Origin: Negaprion brevirostris
Lineage: Eukaryota
Direction of reading: 5' to 3'
DNA length: 64,000 bases
Assembly (NCBI GenBank): GCA_030324005.1
Contig: JARDVH010000132.1
Location: 80,183,156 to 80,247,155, forward strand
Below are positions 37,225 through 51,078 of this stretch, one piece after another. The position numbers and the translations under genes are program-made. How positions within the stretch are numbered: position 1 is the stretch's first letter; every line of letters starts with the position of its first letter. Under the pieces are notes generated by a model that saw only the letters and a program-made list of their open reading frames with translations, had not been told where the DNA came from and ran no database searches.

Positions 37225-38600
37225 AAAGAATTTAAAGAACAGAGAAAATTACAGCACAAGAACAGGCCCTTTGGCCCTCCAAGCCTGCACCGACCACACT
37301 GCCCGACTTAACTAAAACCCCTTACACTTCCGGGGACCATATCTCTCTAATCCCATCTCATTCATGTACTTGTCAAGACACCCCTTAAAAGTCAGTACCA
37401 TATCCACTTCCGCTCTCTACCCCAGCAGCGAGTTCCAGGCACTCACCACGCTGTGTAAAAAATCTGCCTCGTACATCTCTTTTAAAACTTGCTCCTTGTG
37501 CCTTTAACCTATGCCCCCTAGTAACTGACTCTTCCACCCTGGGAAAAAGCTTCTGATTATCCATTCTGTCCATGCTTGTCATAATCTTGTAGACTTCTAT
37601 CAGGTCTCCCCTCAACTCCGTCGCTCCAATGAGAACAAACAAAGTTTCTCCAACCTCTCATAGCTAATGCCCTCCATGTTAGGCAACATCCTGGTAATTT
37701 TTTTCTGTACCTTCTCCAAAGCCTCCACATCCTTCTGGTAGTGTGGCGATCAGAATTGAACACTATTTCTGATTGTGGCCAAACTGAGGTTCTATAAAGC
37801 AGCAACATGTCTTGCCAATTTTTAAACTCAATACCCCAGCCAATGAAGGCAAGCATGCCATATGCCTTCATGACCACCTTCTCCACCTGCACTGCTACTT
37901 CCAGTGACCTGTGTACCTGTACACCCAGATCCCTTTGCCTATCAATACTCCTTAGGGTTCTGCCATTTACTGTATATTTCCTATCTGTATTAGACCTTCC
38001 AAAATACATTACCTCACATTTGTCCAAATTAAACTCCATCTGCCATCTCAATGCCCAAGTCTCCAGCTGATCTATATCCTGCTGTATCCTCTGATGGTCC
38101 TCATCGCTATCCACAATTCCACCAACCTTTGTGTCATCCACAAACTTACTAATCAATCCAGTTAAATTTTCCTCCAAATCATTTATATATATTACAAACA
38201 GCAAAGGTCCCAGCACTGATCCCTGAGGAACACCACTTGTCACAGCCATCCATTCAGAAATGCACCCTTCCACTGTCTTCTTTGACCAAGCTAGTTTTGT
38301 ATCCACCTTGCCAGCTCACCTCTGATCCCATGCAACTTCACTTCTGCACCAGTCTGCCATGAGGGACCTTGTCAAAGGCTTTGCTGAAGTCCACGTAGAC
38401 AACATCTCACTGCCCTACCCTCATCAATCATCTTCGTCACTTCCTTGAAAAAGTCGGTCAAGCTCGTGAGACGTGACCTCCTCTTTACAAAACTATGTTG
38501 TCTCTCACTAATACATCCATTTATTTCCAAGTGGGAATAAAACCTGTCTCGAAGAATCCTCTCCAATAATTTCCCTACCACTGATGTAAGGCTCTCCAGC
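37225..38600 (-). mobile_element. 5'-truncated CR1 LINE
   Basis: ORF 37557-38306: VTSGVPQGSVLGPLLFVIYINDL...KFVDDTK...WQMEFN; tail at 37225-37290; frameshifted. Confidence 0.92.
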
Positions 38601-40816
38601 CTTTTCATTTATATGTAGTACATTTCATAACCCCCCAAAACAATTTTTGGCCAGTGAAGATCCTTTGAAGTGTGGTTATTGTTGTAACATACAGGAATAA
38701 GTACAAAATGCTACTTTCAAAGCTTTAATAAAAGTAAGTTGTACAATATTAAAATAGCAAGCTGTGTGACTTGCAATAGTAGCAAAATGTAATTATAAAT
38801 TGTCTTGTGCGTTGTTTTGGGGCTTTTTAATCAGGTTATTAACTCTACTGTTATCCTAGCATAAGAGATAAAAAAGTGTTGTTATTAGTTGGTTTAGTAG
38901 TATTATTTCAAGTCTCAGCTGCAACTCAATTCGATTGCACATGATTATAAAACAGTTAGATGGTGAGAAATGCACCTGGAGATGCCTATTTATATGTCTG
39001 GTTTAGTGTAAAAATTGCTGTCTGTTAAAGTCTGTTAGAAGCATTTCCTAGTTATATCACAAATCGAAATACATTTTGGGCATTATCAGAATCTGGATGC
39101 AGGTTCTTTGCAGTATTGTAGAACAGGTCCCAATTGATGAGTTTGCAAGTTTGCCTGTATAACTACTAGAACCTGCATCTTCAATTCAGTGAGTTTTATA
39201 GTCTCACTTATAGTGGTTGGATTTTTTTAAAATCTAGTAGTTATAGTGACCTGAAAGCCACTTGGCTGAGGAATCTATTCCTGTCCACCAGTTATCACCT
39301 GGTAAACGTGGGAATGAATGCAAAAAGGTTTTGTTTCTGCATGATTTAGAAAATAATCCTTTAATATGGTATCACTGTTTCCCTAAGATTTCTGCTGATC
39401 ACCTGACAGAGAACCCCTGTGGAAATTCCAGATATCAGTTTTTTTCAGCTGGGGAAATGTTCTGGCATATGGGGCTTCATATAATATTGGAATAGGAAAC
39501 CAGGTGCTGTAATATTTGCAACTGTTGATATGTAAAGTGTCTGATAAGAATTTCTGTGGAGCTTCTCCACATATCCAATTACAACTTGATTGAATAAATG
39601 CAGAAACACAATTTCCACCAAAGTTAGTGTGAGATTGAAACGAACCCATGTGGAAATTCTCCTGAAGCAAATAGTATATGTTTTACTCTTATTGATGTGA
39701 CAGCTATCTTCTGTATTTCTCAAATCAAGCAGGTTCCACAAGTAGNNNNNNNNNNCATATTGAGTTTCATTGATGTCAGCTTTTCAGTCAATCTTTGAAA
39801 CTTGAAAAATTCCTCCAAAAACAAGGATCAACTGATATGCTGAGTATAAAAGTGGATTGGCAGTTTGGGTTGTTGCCATTTCGAAATGTCATTGGCATGT
39901 AACAAAAAGATTGGGCATGGCTTAAAGATGTGCATATCTTTGCAATATAGTCCATACTGATTACTTGCATCCGGTTGTAAGGTACTGTTGGGTAAAACAT
40001 TCAGTTGTGGGGTGAAAACTTGAGGCTGACTACTGTAAAAGGTTAGTGCCAATAATAACTACTGAGCATGTGCACAAGAACTTTTTTCACATTGCTGTCA
40101 CTCACTGAGAGAAGATGACTGAAAAGTATCTTGAGAGTGACTCCAGCTTTGTCTTGGTCTTATTTTAACCTTTATTAATAGCTAGTATGTAAATAAATGT
40201 GTTTTCAACAAAAAAACCATTACTTCTAACAAGATGTTTTCTAGAGTGAAGAAGCTAGCAAATTCTGAGGAAATCACAATGATGCAACTATTATAACTTG
40301 CCATGTGAAAAGCAATTTATATACTGAGCATATGCAAAAACATGACTTTTTTTAGACTGACAAAATGGGGTCACCTTATATGCCACTATTTGTGGTATTC
40401 TGGTGAAGTCTCACATGGTGAACATGCAAAAACAATGACAGCACAACATCAAGCTATTCTGTTCTAATGCTGTATGTGCATGTTGCATCAAATAAGTTTC
40501 TGGGAAAATTTATCAGAGACCTTTTTGCTTTTTAACATCAGTAAAATGGGCAGGGCTGATATCCAGTTTCTAGGCCTTTATTTTAAATGTAATGCTGAAG
40601 CTAATATTTTGAAACAAAAATTGCTTGAAAACAATCAAGTCAGGAATGGAGTGGTCATTTGTCAAACTGTATCTGAAATCTGGCCACAGAGTTAAGTTAA
40701 GTGTTGGGAACTTACTCTGTCAGCTGTCATAGTAACTGCTCAGTCTGCAGCCTCTGTTTACTTTCTACGCATTGAGTTCCTGTGACTTAAATGGAGTATT
40801 TATTTTGAACTTGCAG

Positions 40817-40948
40817 ATCGTGCAATTGAATGCTCTGATCAACATGTTGCTGTGTGAACTGACATCAGGCGACAGGCAGAAGATTATGACTATATGCACT
40901 ATAGATGTCCATGCTCGGGATGTTGTGGCAAAGCTCATTGCTCAAAAG
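40817..40948 (+). CDS. DNAH11: DNAH11 exon K ([12 protein letters not shown]...[11 protein letters not shown]), GC donor
   Basis: ttgcag acceptor; 132 nt; [10 protein letters not shown] motif; homology ends at AAG|gcatgt. Confidence 0.92.
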
Positions 40949-42039
40949 GCATGTTGGAGAAGTTTTTTTGTTTCCATTCTCTTGAGTAGATTACTTTCCC
41001 CTTGTGCTACCTTTCTTGTGATTTGTGTGGTGTTCATGCATTTTTTTACTAAAATATAAACACTGCCTTTAATTTAGACATTGTGACTTGGATTTGCACA
41101 GAGCTGTGGTGAAACTGGACCTTCCAAGATGGCAGGTGGAACCCAAATTCAGGTGTCCCATCCCAATTTCTGATCGATCCTGCTTTGAGCAGTAACGGGA
41201 AAGGGGCCAGGGCAACTTTCACATGGCAGAAGCCAAACTCAGCTGTGCCATTTAAGCTTAATGCTGAGTTTCAACAAACTGTTTGTCACATTCACAGGGG
41301 CCTTAACAAGGTGTGTGGGAGTTACGAATTTTTAGAGTTGAAACAAAATAAATGAAAATCAGAGTGTGTCTATGGAACTGTCCAACTGTAAAGTTAGTTA
41401 AGCCCCCAAAATTGAAAGAAGAGAAAAACAAGCATGCCCCTATCAGGAAGAGGTAATGAAAATGGGCTGGCAGTTACAATAGTTATTTGTTGACATTACC
41501 CTAAGAGCTATCATCATGTCATTATTAATGCTTGTCTGATTTCCATAACCTATAATTATCTCAAAAGGGGTCCTGGGTTTACAATTTAGCAGCTCAGATG
41601 TTATTAAGGGATTAGTTGTCTTTGACTGCAAGTCTGTTTTATAAGGGATTAAGTATCTGATGGGATTTAACAAGTTTTGAACAGGATTTGTAAATGGTGT
41701 TTTAAATATGGTGAACTCTGTGAGATATTTAGAACTTCATTTCATTTAATCTCATCACGGCTTCTAAGATGGATATACTGGGTGAATTGGCATGGAGTGT
41801 CTAAGGGAGAAGAATGGTGGGTGGTTAAGCATTAATGGTCACAAGTTGATACTGAGCTATTGGCACCATGGGGATGGTTGGAGAGCATGTGATCACTTGG
41901 ATGGTACTTTGTGGATGGCTGAAAGGCCAAGGGCTAATCGGGCCTAAAATATAAGTAGCCAACTGAATAAAATTCCCTAGAGAACTGAGGCAGGCATTTC
42001 AAATAGCATGCCTCATCATTCTGAACGCTTGAGCCAGCG

Positions 42040-42355
42040 TATGGTGGCATGGTGTTAGCACTGCTGCCTCACAGCATCAGGGATCTAGGTTCAGTTCCCA
42101 GCTTGAGTTACTGTCGGTATGGAGTTTGCACATTCTCCAGTGTCTGCACGTTTTTCCTCCAGGTGCTCTGGTTTCTTCCCACAGTCGGAAAGAAGACTTG
42201 GTTACGTGCATTGGGGGCCATGCTAAATTCTCCCTCAGTGTACCTGAACGNNNNNNNNNNNNNNNNNNNNNNNNNNNNNNNNNNNNNNNNNNNNNNNNNN
42301 NNNNNNNNNNNNNNNNNNNNNNNNNNNNNNNNNNNNAAATAAACTTTTAAAACTT
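42040..42355 (+). mobile_element. V-SINE-type element, tail type B, spanning a gap
   Basis: Head and core, then aataaacttttaaaacttt after the gap. Confidence 0.75.
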
Positions 42356-43392
42356 TGATCTATGTCTGGGGGTGGTGGCCCCAACTCCATCCACCACCTG
42401 CCAGTTTGGAAGCGAGTTCCAAAGTTCTACCATGTTGGATGTGAGGAAATGTTTTCTAATTTCACTCCTGTCCTGAGTGCTCTGAATCTAATTTCTAGCC
42501 TGTGCCTCCTAATCCTAGACTGCCCAAACAGCAGAAAAAGTTTATCCCAATCTAACACTATCGGTTCTCCTTAATATCTTAAAAACTTAGATCAAATCAC
42601 CCCTTAACCTTCTAATTTCCTGGAAATGTAATCCTTGTTTCTTTAATCTGAGTCTGAGGTATTATTTTCAGTAAATCAAAGTTGCCCTTTCTCTGTTTGC
42701 AGTGCTGCAGTTTGTATGCATGACTGAAGCATGCCTTCTATTCCCTTGTAGTCTAGCCCTCTGGATATAAAGGCCAGCATTCTATCCACCATTTGGATTA
42801 TTTTCTGTACCTGTTCATGTTAATTTTTTTTACCGTTTTGAAAATACCTTGTTATATCCCCAGAAATCAGTGCAGGCTGAGGCATTGACTTTATTTAAGG
42901 CTGAGTTTGATCAATTGTTGATAGTTAAGGGAGTCAGTGGTTGTGGGGGACAGACAGGAATGTGGAGTTGGAATCACAACCAGATCAGCTATGATCCTAT
43001 TGAAAGGCAGAGCAAACCTGAGGGGCCAAATGGCCTCCTGCTCTTAAGTCCTATGTTCCTATGACTTCACATCTACCTTCATTTAAATTCATTTGCCATG
43101 GTTTTGCCTTTGCATGTCATCTATCCATCTTTCTTTCTAATTTTATATTTTCCATCCAAACTCTTAAAATGCTGATTATCTTTTTGTCGTCAACAATTTT
43201 GGAATATGTGGCTTCCTACCCTGTCATCTTCGTCATTAGTGAGTAGTTGAGACTCCAACTGATATTTAAATGGGATATCACTTGTAACATTTTGCTAATC
43301 AGTTTACCTGCCAGGTATCCCGATTCTCTGTTTGCTTCGACTCAGCCAGTTTCCTCACTGAGTCAACATAAATGTACATGTCTTTATCTCAG

Positions 43393-43553
43393 GTTGTGAA
43401 CGCGCAAGCCTTTGCTTGGCTGTCTCAGTTGCGGCACCGTTGGGACAACAAACAGAGTCACTGCTTTGTCAACATTTGTGATGCTCAGTTTCAGTACTCC
43501 TATGACTATTTGGGCAACACTCCTCGCGTGGTGATCACTCCACTGACTGACAG
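43393..43553 (+). CDS. DNAH11: DNAH11 exon L ([15 protein letters not shown]...VITPLTDR), start of AAA1
   Basis: tctcag acceptor, AG|gtaaat donor, 161 nt, phase 0/2. Confidence 0.95.
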
Positions 43554-44835
43554 GTAAATATTACTAATCCATTTTAAACTCTAAACTTTAAAGTTTGTTT
43601 GACAGGGTGGCCTGAATTTTTCAGAAGGCAGAGGCTTGCCTCCCGCCATCCAGAGTTAGTGGGGAACACATCCCCACTGACTTCCAAATGGCTCTCAGCC
43701 AAGTTACACTACAGTGGGCATTGATTGGCTTTAGACAAGACGTGAGACTGGCTGGCAGCTGTCTACCCCTGCAGCGACAACACTGCAGTGGACAGAAAGT
43801 GCAATGCGCCAATCTGTCTGAACCTTAATGCCAGAGCTGCATGACAAGGTAAGTGTAAGGGATCCCAAGGTGAAGGTGAGGAGGGTAGGGAAGGACTGTG
43901 GGGTCTCAAGAGGGGGGGCAATCAGGGTCTATGGGGAAAAGCCAGAGGGAGGTCTGGAGGTTGCAGGCCTCAAGGGGAGGGTGTCCAGTCACATGGGGAC
44001 CCTTGGAGTCCAATGGAACTCCCCATCCGTCCCTTTTGAGATCTAACTTTGACTATTTCTATCCTTCCCACGTGAATGGTTAATGCTTCTGTCAGTTTAA
44101 ATATTGAGGCTGGGCAGAAAATGGCCCCTTAAAGGCCTTAATTGAGGCAAGGGCAGGCTTCCCATCTGAGGTCTTGGTCACCTTAGTGTAAAATCACTGT
44201 GAGGTCAGGATGGGTGGTAACCCAGAGGGAATCCCATTCCTGCAATTCCATGCCCCCCCACCTTGCCTAAAAACTGACTGGTTGGGGAGCATAAAATTCA
44301 GGCCATTGTTTTAACATGTCATTTCTGATCCATGTTTTGTGACATTATACATGGAATAGCTGCTTTTACCATTGGACAAATAATGGGCAAGAAGCAAGCA
44401 GACTGAGGCAGTGTCTTGTGGATGTGAGGTTCAGAACATTTTCAGGCTGGGGCTTCATTTACAATTTGTCAAGCTGTTGTTGATGTAGGTTGCTGATTCA
44501 GGAGAGTCAAAGAGTTGGTAAGCTTCCACACTGAGCTGGCCAACATTTAAATAGACAGGACAGGCAATTCTGCTCTTTCTGATGACATTTAAGAAGATAG
44601 TCATTGTCTGAGATGATTGTTATGGATTGCTCGTTAAGCAGCTCAGTCCCTGGTGCAAATGGTCATCCATCAGGTACAAATCTCTTCTCTTCCCTCTGTA
44701 AGGAGAACAGCTCCAGCTTCTCCAACCTGTTCTTCTAACAGAAGTCCCTCATCCCATTCTTGTAAACCTTTTCCCCACCCACTCTAAAACTTTCCCATCC
44801 TTCCTCATGAGCAGTGCCTGCATATGAGCACAATC

Positions 44836-45165
44836 GTAAAATCATAGAAACTCTACAGTGCAGAAAGAGGCCATTAGGCTCATCGAGTCTGCACCAACAA
44901 TAATCCCACCCAGGTCCTGTCCCTGAAATTCCACATACTTACCTTGCTAATCCCTATAACATATACATCCTGGGACATTAAGGGACAATTTAGCATGGCC
45001 AATCAACCTAACCCGCAATTCTTCGGAATGTGGGAGGAAACTGGAGCACCCAGAGGAAACCCATGCAGAAACAGGGAGAATATGCAGCCAGTGGCCCGAG
45101 CCAGAATCAAACTCAGGTCCCTGGAGCTGTGAGGTAACAGTGCTAACCACTGTGCCACCGTGCCA
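44836..45165 (-). mobile_element. HE1-like V-SINE nested in a minus-strand CR1 fragment (about 44690-45370)
   Basis: Reverse-complement head (gtgctaaccactgtgccaccgtgcc) and tail; CR1 sequence continues on both sides. Confidence 0.8.
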
Positions 45166-46487
45166 ACCACTGAGCCAGTGTGCCACCAGTTCAGGCCAAA
45201 ACAGTGTTTTATAGAAGTTCATCATAACTTCCTTCCTTTACAAAGACCAAGGATCCCTTATGCTTCTAACCACTTTCTCATTCTGCCCAACCACTTGAAT
45301 GATTTACTGCACATTTACTTCCAAATTCCTCTGTCCTCCACCTATTTTCCAATTGTATCCTTTACACTTGCCTGTCTGTAAGAGTTTTACTCTTTGGAAG
45401 ACACTTGGGAGTTAACGCTATTCAGTGAGTCAACCAGTCAGGGTGCAAGTGCAACCTGGTGGGATCTTTATTTTTAGCAAGTGTTTAAGATACTATATAA
45501 TATCATTAATTATACAGCCACATATGATTGTAACAAGCAGTATGGATCAGGTAGGATGGTTGGCATGGATGACCAGCTCTTTAAGGCTTTCTGTATGTCT
45601 GTCTGTTTGCAGCCACGTATTGCAATGAACCCTCCAAATGTCTCTTTTTGTTTAGTCTGACTCTCACTCTATTATCAACCTGACACCTGTCATATGCACC
45701 CTTCACTGCTTCACCTTACTCTATATCTTTATTCTTTCACGGGATGCTGGCTAGACCAATGTTTATTGTCTGTCCCAAATTGCCTTCAGAAGGAGCTGGT
45801 GAGCATCAAGGAAATTATCTTCGATTACCTTACATCCCCCTCTTGGGGGAATGTACTTCGACTGTAAACAAATCACCATTTCCAGTCATTGTTTGATTGC
45901 AGTTTTGCCTGCTAAACTTTAAATTCCAATCTAACTGGGATAGATCTACTTTCCACCCAGTGAAATTGGCCATCCTCCATTTAAGTACTTTTACTCTGGA
46001 CTGATCATTGCCCTTTTGCATAGCTAAACTAAACCTTGTGATGCTATTTGTTTCCTAAGCGTTTCACTACTGATACTTCATTCACTTGACCCACCTCATT
46101 TCCCAAAACTAGAACTTGCAATGCCTTCCTCATTGGGCCAGAAACATACTATCAAGAACGTTTTCCTGAACACATTTCTGAAATATTTTATCTCCTCTGA
46201 CCTTTACACTATTACTATCCCAGCCTATGTTAGGATAGTTGATGTCCTCATTATTACCATTCTATAGTTCTTGAACCTTTGTCTAATATTCCTGTATCTT
46301 TCCCCTTGTTGGTGGCCTGTAAATGCATCTGAATGGCATCTCTATTGTTTCTTAATTCTAACCACATAAATTCTGTCTTTAATTCCTCCATGATATCCTC
46401 TCATTCTCTCTCTCTGTCTCCAGCGCTATAATATCTTCCCAAATTACTACTATCAATCCCTTCTCCATTTTTCCCCAAAGATTTTGC

Positions 46488-47314
46488 CACAGATACTTGT
46501 CTTGGGCTGAGGAAGTTGAGTTGAGCCAGTTTCAGATTTCCAGTACCCAAGCCTGCCATCGGGTATTGTGTGGGTTGTGACATGTGGCCTTCCTAACGTG
46601 GGAAGAGGCCACTCAAAATAGCACAGGAGGCAATGGTGTAATGGTATTGTCACTGGACTATTAATCCAGAGACACAGGGTAGTGCTCTCCCTAGGGACCT
46701 ATTTCAAATCCCACCAAGGCAGATAGAGAAATTTGAATTCAATTAAAAATAAAATCTGGAATCAAATGTTTAAGCATGACCATGAAACCACTGTTGATTG
46801 TCTGAGACAAAATGTGAATGTACATGTTTCTTCTCTCTGTAATGCTCACTTTCCACGTCCAGACATTTAGCTGTTCTCCTTAAATTAAGAATTTACCATA
46901 GCCACCTAATTGTATTTTCTCCAGATGCTGCACAATGTACTGTTTGTACCATAAATTATTTACATTTTTTCATTTATTAGTCAATTTAAGTTTTAAACAA
47001 TATTTCATAAGGGATGATATCTGAGTTGGTAAGCTTCATTTTAACTCTCTATCTGCTCAGTTTTCACCAGGCAGTAGAAGTTACAATGTCCCTTGACTGT
47101 TTTGTTTACTAGTTAAACAGCTGAAAGCCACCTTAGAGGTCTGAAACCAACATATTATAGTAAGTGACAATTGACCAGATATCCAGTGTCAGTGCTGAGG
47201 AACTGTGAGTCAGGCCAGCTTCAGACTTCCAGTACCCAATGGCAGGCTTGGGTGCTATGTGGGTTGCAACACGTGACCTTCCTAACATGGAAAGAGGCCA
47301 CACAAAAAAAAAAA
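46488..47314 (+). repeat. Two diverged copies of an unidentified repeat of about 130 bp (46488-46620 and 47175-47314)
   Basis: Direct alignment gctgaggaa...ccagtacccaa...ccttcctaac...gaggccac; each copy has two hairpins. Confidence 0.85.
46625..46805 (+). mobile_element. 5' part of a different tRNA-derived SINE (SacSINE1-like; family assignment tentative)
   Basis: Head ggaggcaatggtgtaatggta...ttcaaatccc followed by aatttgaattcaa...aatctggaat; related minus-strand body at about 4690-4900. Confidence 0.6.
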
Positions 47315-49145
47315 TGAAAGATTGTGACATGGGGAAAGCATATCACTCCCTAAGGTTATTTGCAGTTAGCATTAGTAAAACTGGAGAGAATTAATTAATA
47401 ATGCTTCAAGAACAGAACATTAACTCAGTGGTTTCCGCTTTCTCTATTGATTGCAGTGACAATAAAAACGTCTTGGATCTGCGAGCATTGTACTGCTTAT
47501 TCTCTAAGACAATAACACAACAACACTAGATGGCAGTGTCAGAGGTTATTGCAATGCTAATCCTGAGACCTGTTACAAGGGAATTTTTAGGCCATAACTT
47601 TCTCAAAGTGGCAATCAGCAACACTCTGTACCCACTTAGCTGTGCCAAAATTCTTAAGTGTCTATTGCCTGACCTTCCTGATTCAGGCTGAGTGAGATTC
47701 AGACAATGCAGCATGTCCTCGGCTCCAGCATTGAAGTCCAAAAGAAGTGGAGTGAAGGAGGGCGTACCCCCTCTTTGTTACAGTGCAAGCTGCCCTAAAG
47801 CAAGTGACCTTAAATGCTCAATGAAAAGGCCTGGGAGAAGGTATGTTCCCTGGGGATTTGGGAGTGTTGGAGGTGTCCCATGTGGCATTCAGTCTGGGTC
47901 TTTAAGACTGATACACTGAAGTTAGAAGTGCTTTTACTACTTCTAACATTTAGAATAATTGAGTGTAAAACTGATAGAACTATCTGAAGTTAGTGATTTA
48001 AATCAATTTGTCAGATGGTTCCCAGTGCAGCGCAATTGTCCATGGGAAGTTAGCACTTCTGGACAATTACCAGGTAAACCCTTAGCTGAGAACCTCCGAG
48101 AGGGATTCCCTAACACATCATTGATGTACCCTCTAAATCTGACACTGGGGAGCCAGAAAGTTACAATGCATCATCTCCTAAACTGCCACGAACTGTAGTC
48201 ATTTTCACAAGTCACATGAAACATATTTCCCATATTTCATCTATAAATGACTGTAAAGTGTTAAGAAAAACATCAGAGTTAACAAGATAGTATATTGTAC
48301 TGTTCAGGGCAAATACTATTGAGCAAATTGTACAGAAAAAATAAATCGGAGCAGAAATTTAAATTAGAATATGATATTTACATAAGTGCCATAGGTTCAA
48401 ATTTGAAAGAAGAAATTATAAGACTGATGCAATGTGTGAGCAATATGTGAAGCATACTTCTGGTTACAGTTGTGTCCTACAATCAATTGGATGTTAAGGG
48501 TAGGTTGGTAGGTTCTTATTGATGAAATATATTGGCAGCTTTAGCTTGTGAGACAATACCAAAACATGTTGGTACTAATTCCAGTACATAATTTTAAAGA
48601 TATCCGGGTAGTTATTTTTTCAGATTATTTATTTTTGAAATTTTTTGTAAGTGTTCCTTGGGAGAGACTAAAAAGGTGTATTTCATAATTGGCCTGTAAA
48701 CAGTCAGTGATACATGGGAAGCACATGGACATGCTCTGCATTTAGTAATCAGAATATGTCTGCACCAATGATTTATTGAGTAAATGTTTTCTGGAGAAAC
48801 CTTTTATTAAAGTGTAATTACTTCCAGAACAAAGTTTTATTTAATCAATTTAGGACATGCCTGGGAGAAAGTTACAATACAAAGTACATCTAATAAAAAT
48901 AAAAACTTTGTAAATTGTGATGATAAAAGGGATAATTTTACAACATTTCACTGTTAGTGTGCTGCTTCTTGAGCGCATATCAAGAATTGTGGAGGCATAG
49001 TTTTGTTTAGTGGTTATTGAATGTAAAAATTGGTGCTGTCACTGCAGTCATAGCACTAAAACCTTTTTCAAAGATGCATGATATTTTACAAATGAAGAAC
49101 TAAAGAAAAAATAAGTTCTTGGAAGACCGAAGGCATTTATTTATT

Positions 49146-49592
49146 GGGGCATGGTAGCACAGTGGTTAGCACTGCTGCTTCACAGCTCCAGGGACTTGGG
49201 TTTGATTCCCGGCTTGGGACCCTGTGTAGAGTTTGCGCGTTCTCCTCATGTCTGCATGGGTTTCCTCCGGGTGCTCCTGTTTCCTCCCACAGTCCAAAGA
49301 TGTGCGGGTTAGGTTGATTGGCCATNNNNNNNNNNNNNNNNNNNNNNNNNNNNNNNNNNNNNNNNNNNNNNNNNNNNNNNNNNNNNNNNNNNNNNNNNNN
49401 NNNNNNNNNNNNNNNNNNNNNNNNNATTGGCCATGCTAAATTGCCCCTTAGAGTCCTGAGATGTGTAGGTTAGAAGGATTAGCAGGTAAATATGTAGGGA
49501 TATACGGGTAGGGCCTGGGTGGGATCATGGTTGGTGCAGACTCAATGGGCCAAATGGCCTCTTTCTGTACTGTAGGGTTTCTATGATTCCAT
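49146..49592 (+). mobile_element. HE1-like V-SINE, tail type A, split by an artefactual gap
   Basis: Full head, core and tail; attggccat repeated on both sides of the Ns. Confidence 0.85.
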
Positions 49593-50921
49593 GAAAGAAA
49601 TATTTAACTTTATTCTATTACAAACCTTATTTCTGTGTGTACTTCCTGTCTGCGCAACTTAATTTCCTGTTGCCGGATTTTTGTCTCACCTGTGTCAATG
49701 TTTTGCATTATAATTTCCTGTGTTATAAATTTGGCATTGTTGGTTTTGCCAATGTACACTCACTACTTTGATCACATAGAGAAGAAATATCCCATCCTGC
49801 CTTCCACGGGAATCATAGTGGGTGGGACATGGATTATGTAAAGATTCCTTGACCTCAAATGGGATTTTCCAGTCTTGGGGCGAACATGCTGGTAAATCCC
49901 ACCCATAGTCTGGCCACTGGGTTCCTACAAATTGCTAAAGGTGCTCTCTTAAAGTTTCTTCATGTTTCTTTTATTTTCAATAACTAATATTTCTACTGTT
50001 GAAGCGTTTAAGCAGTTAAAAAATTCAAAAATGGGGCTATTAAACAATAGAATTAGGAAACGTATCCACTGTGTTATCTATTGTGTTTTATAATTCCTTC
50101 AGTAGAGTTCTTAGTTGAAGGCCTCGAGACTCCCTCAAAAGCCTGGGCTTGGATTTTGACGACTAATGAGCTGCATTTATGCATTTGAAGCATGTTCAGT
50201 GTGTCTAAATGCTCAAATTCCCAGGTTACAAACTTCTAGTGAATAGTTTTGCCTCAAATTCTTTTGAAATCTGAGATGCCAAATTTCAAAAACTTCACTG
50301 AGATAAAATCAATGTTTTTAAAAACAATCTGAGGCAAAGATATACATATGTATGAATGAGTAAGTGAATAGAAAAATGACAAGTGTACTAATCGTATGCT
50401 TGTTGTATTTGTTGTGTTGTGTTGTATAACCTTCAGAGGGTGTAAATCCCAAGGGCCTGAGAGGTAGAAGATAATTTGATTTGCTTCAGTTTTCGAGAAG
50501 AAATACATTGAATTTGAAGCCAACTAAGTTATCCCACTGTGTTTTTTTGCTAATTGCTAATGCATGTGAAACAGATTGTAATTTCTAATACCTGTGAGAT
50601 CAAAAGAAAAGAACAGAGACATATTGTGTGATAGAGACCGAGGGAGATTGTGAAAGAGGAGTTAAGGTTAAGGAAAATATAAATATAGAGAAAGACAGCT
50701 TGTTTCCCTGTTTTCTTTATTTAAAACAGTATTAAGTTTTTAAAGCAAAGCTTCTTTGAGGCGAACAGTAGGAAGCAAACATAGGAAGACAAAGAGAAGT
50801 GAAACAAAGTTAGTGTCTCAAACATATTTTACAAATGAAGCGTTGTTAAAAGTTGATGTAAAAATGCATCTTTTATTATGCTTGTCAACCTGTTAAAATT
50901 ACTGCTATTTTCGGTTTGAAG

Positions 50922-51078
50922 GTGCTATATTACCCTTACACAGTCTCTTCACTTAACCATGAGTGGAGCACCTGCAGGTCCTGCTGGGACAGGCAAAACA
51001 GAGACCACTAAAGATCTTGGGCGTGCCTTAGGCATAATGGTGTATGTCTTCAACTGTTCTGAGCAAATGGATTATAAG
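50922..51078 (+). CDS. DNAH11: DNAH11 exon M, AAA1 Walker A (CYITLTQSL...[10 protein letters not shown]...CSEQMDYK)
   Basis: gaag acceptor, AAG|gtatgt donor, 157 nt; P-loop GPAGTGKT. Confidence 0.96.

Noticed and set aside
32919-38608. Long RT-like ORFs (33247-33699, 33713-34024, 37557-38306) as functional genes
   Set aside because: They are 5'-truncated CR1 copies with stops and frameshifts. FVDD in place of FADD fits CpG decay, not a new RT family.
47175-47314. H/ACA snoRNA call for the two-hairpin repeat
   Set aside because: Hairpins are too short, there is no clear ANANNA hinge, and the ACA position is not kept in the other copy; left unidentified
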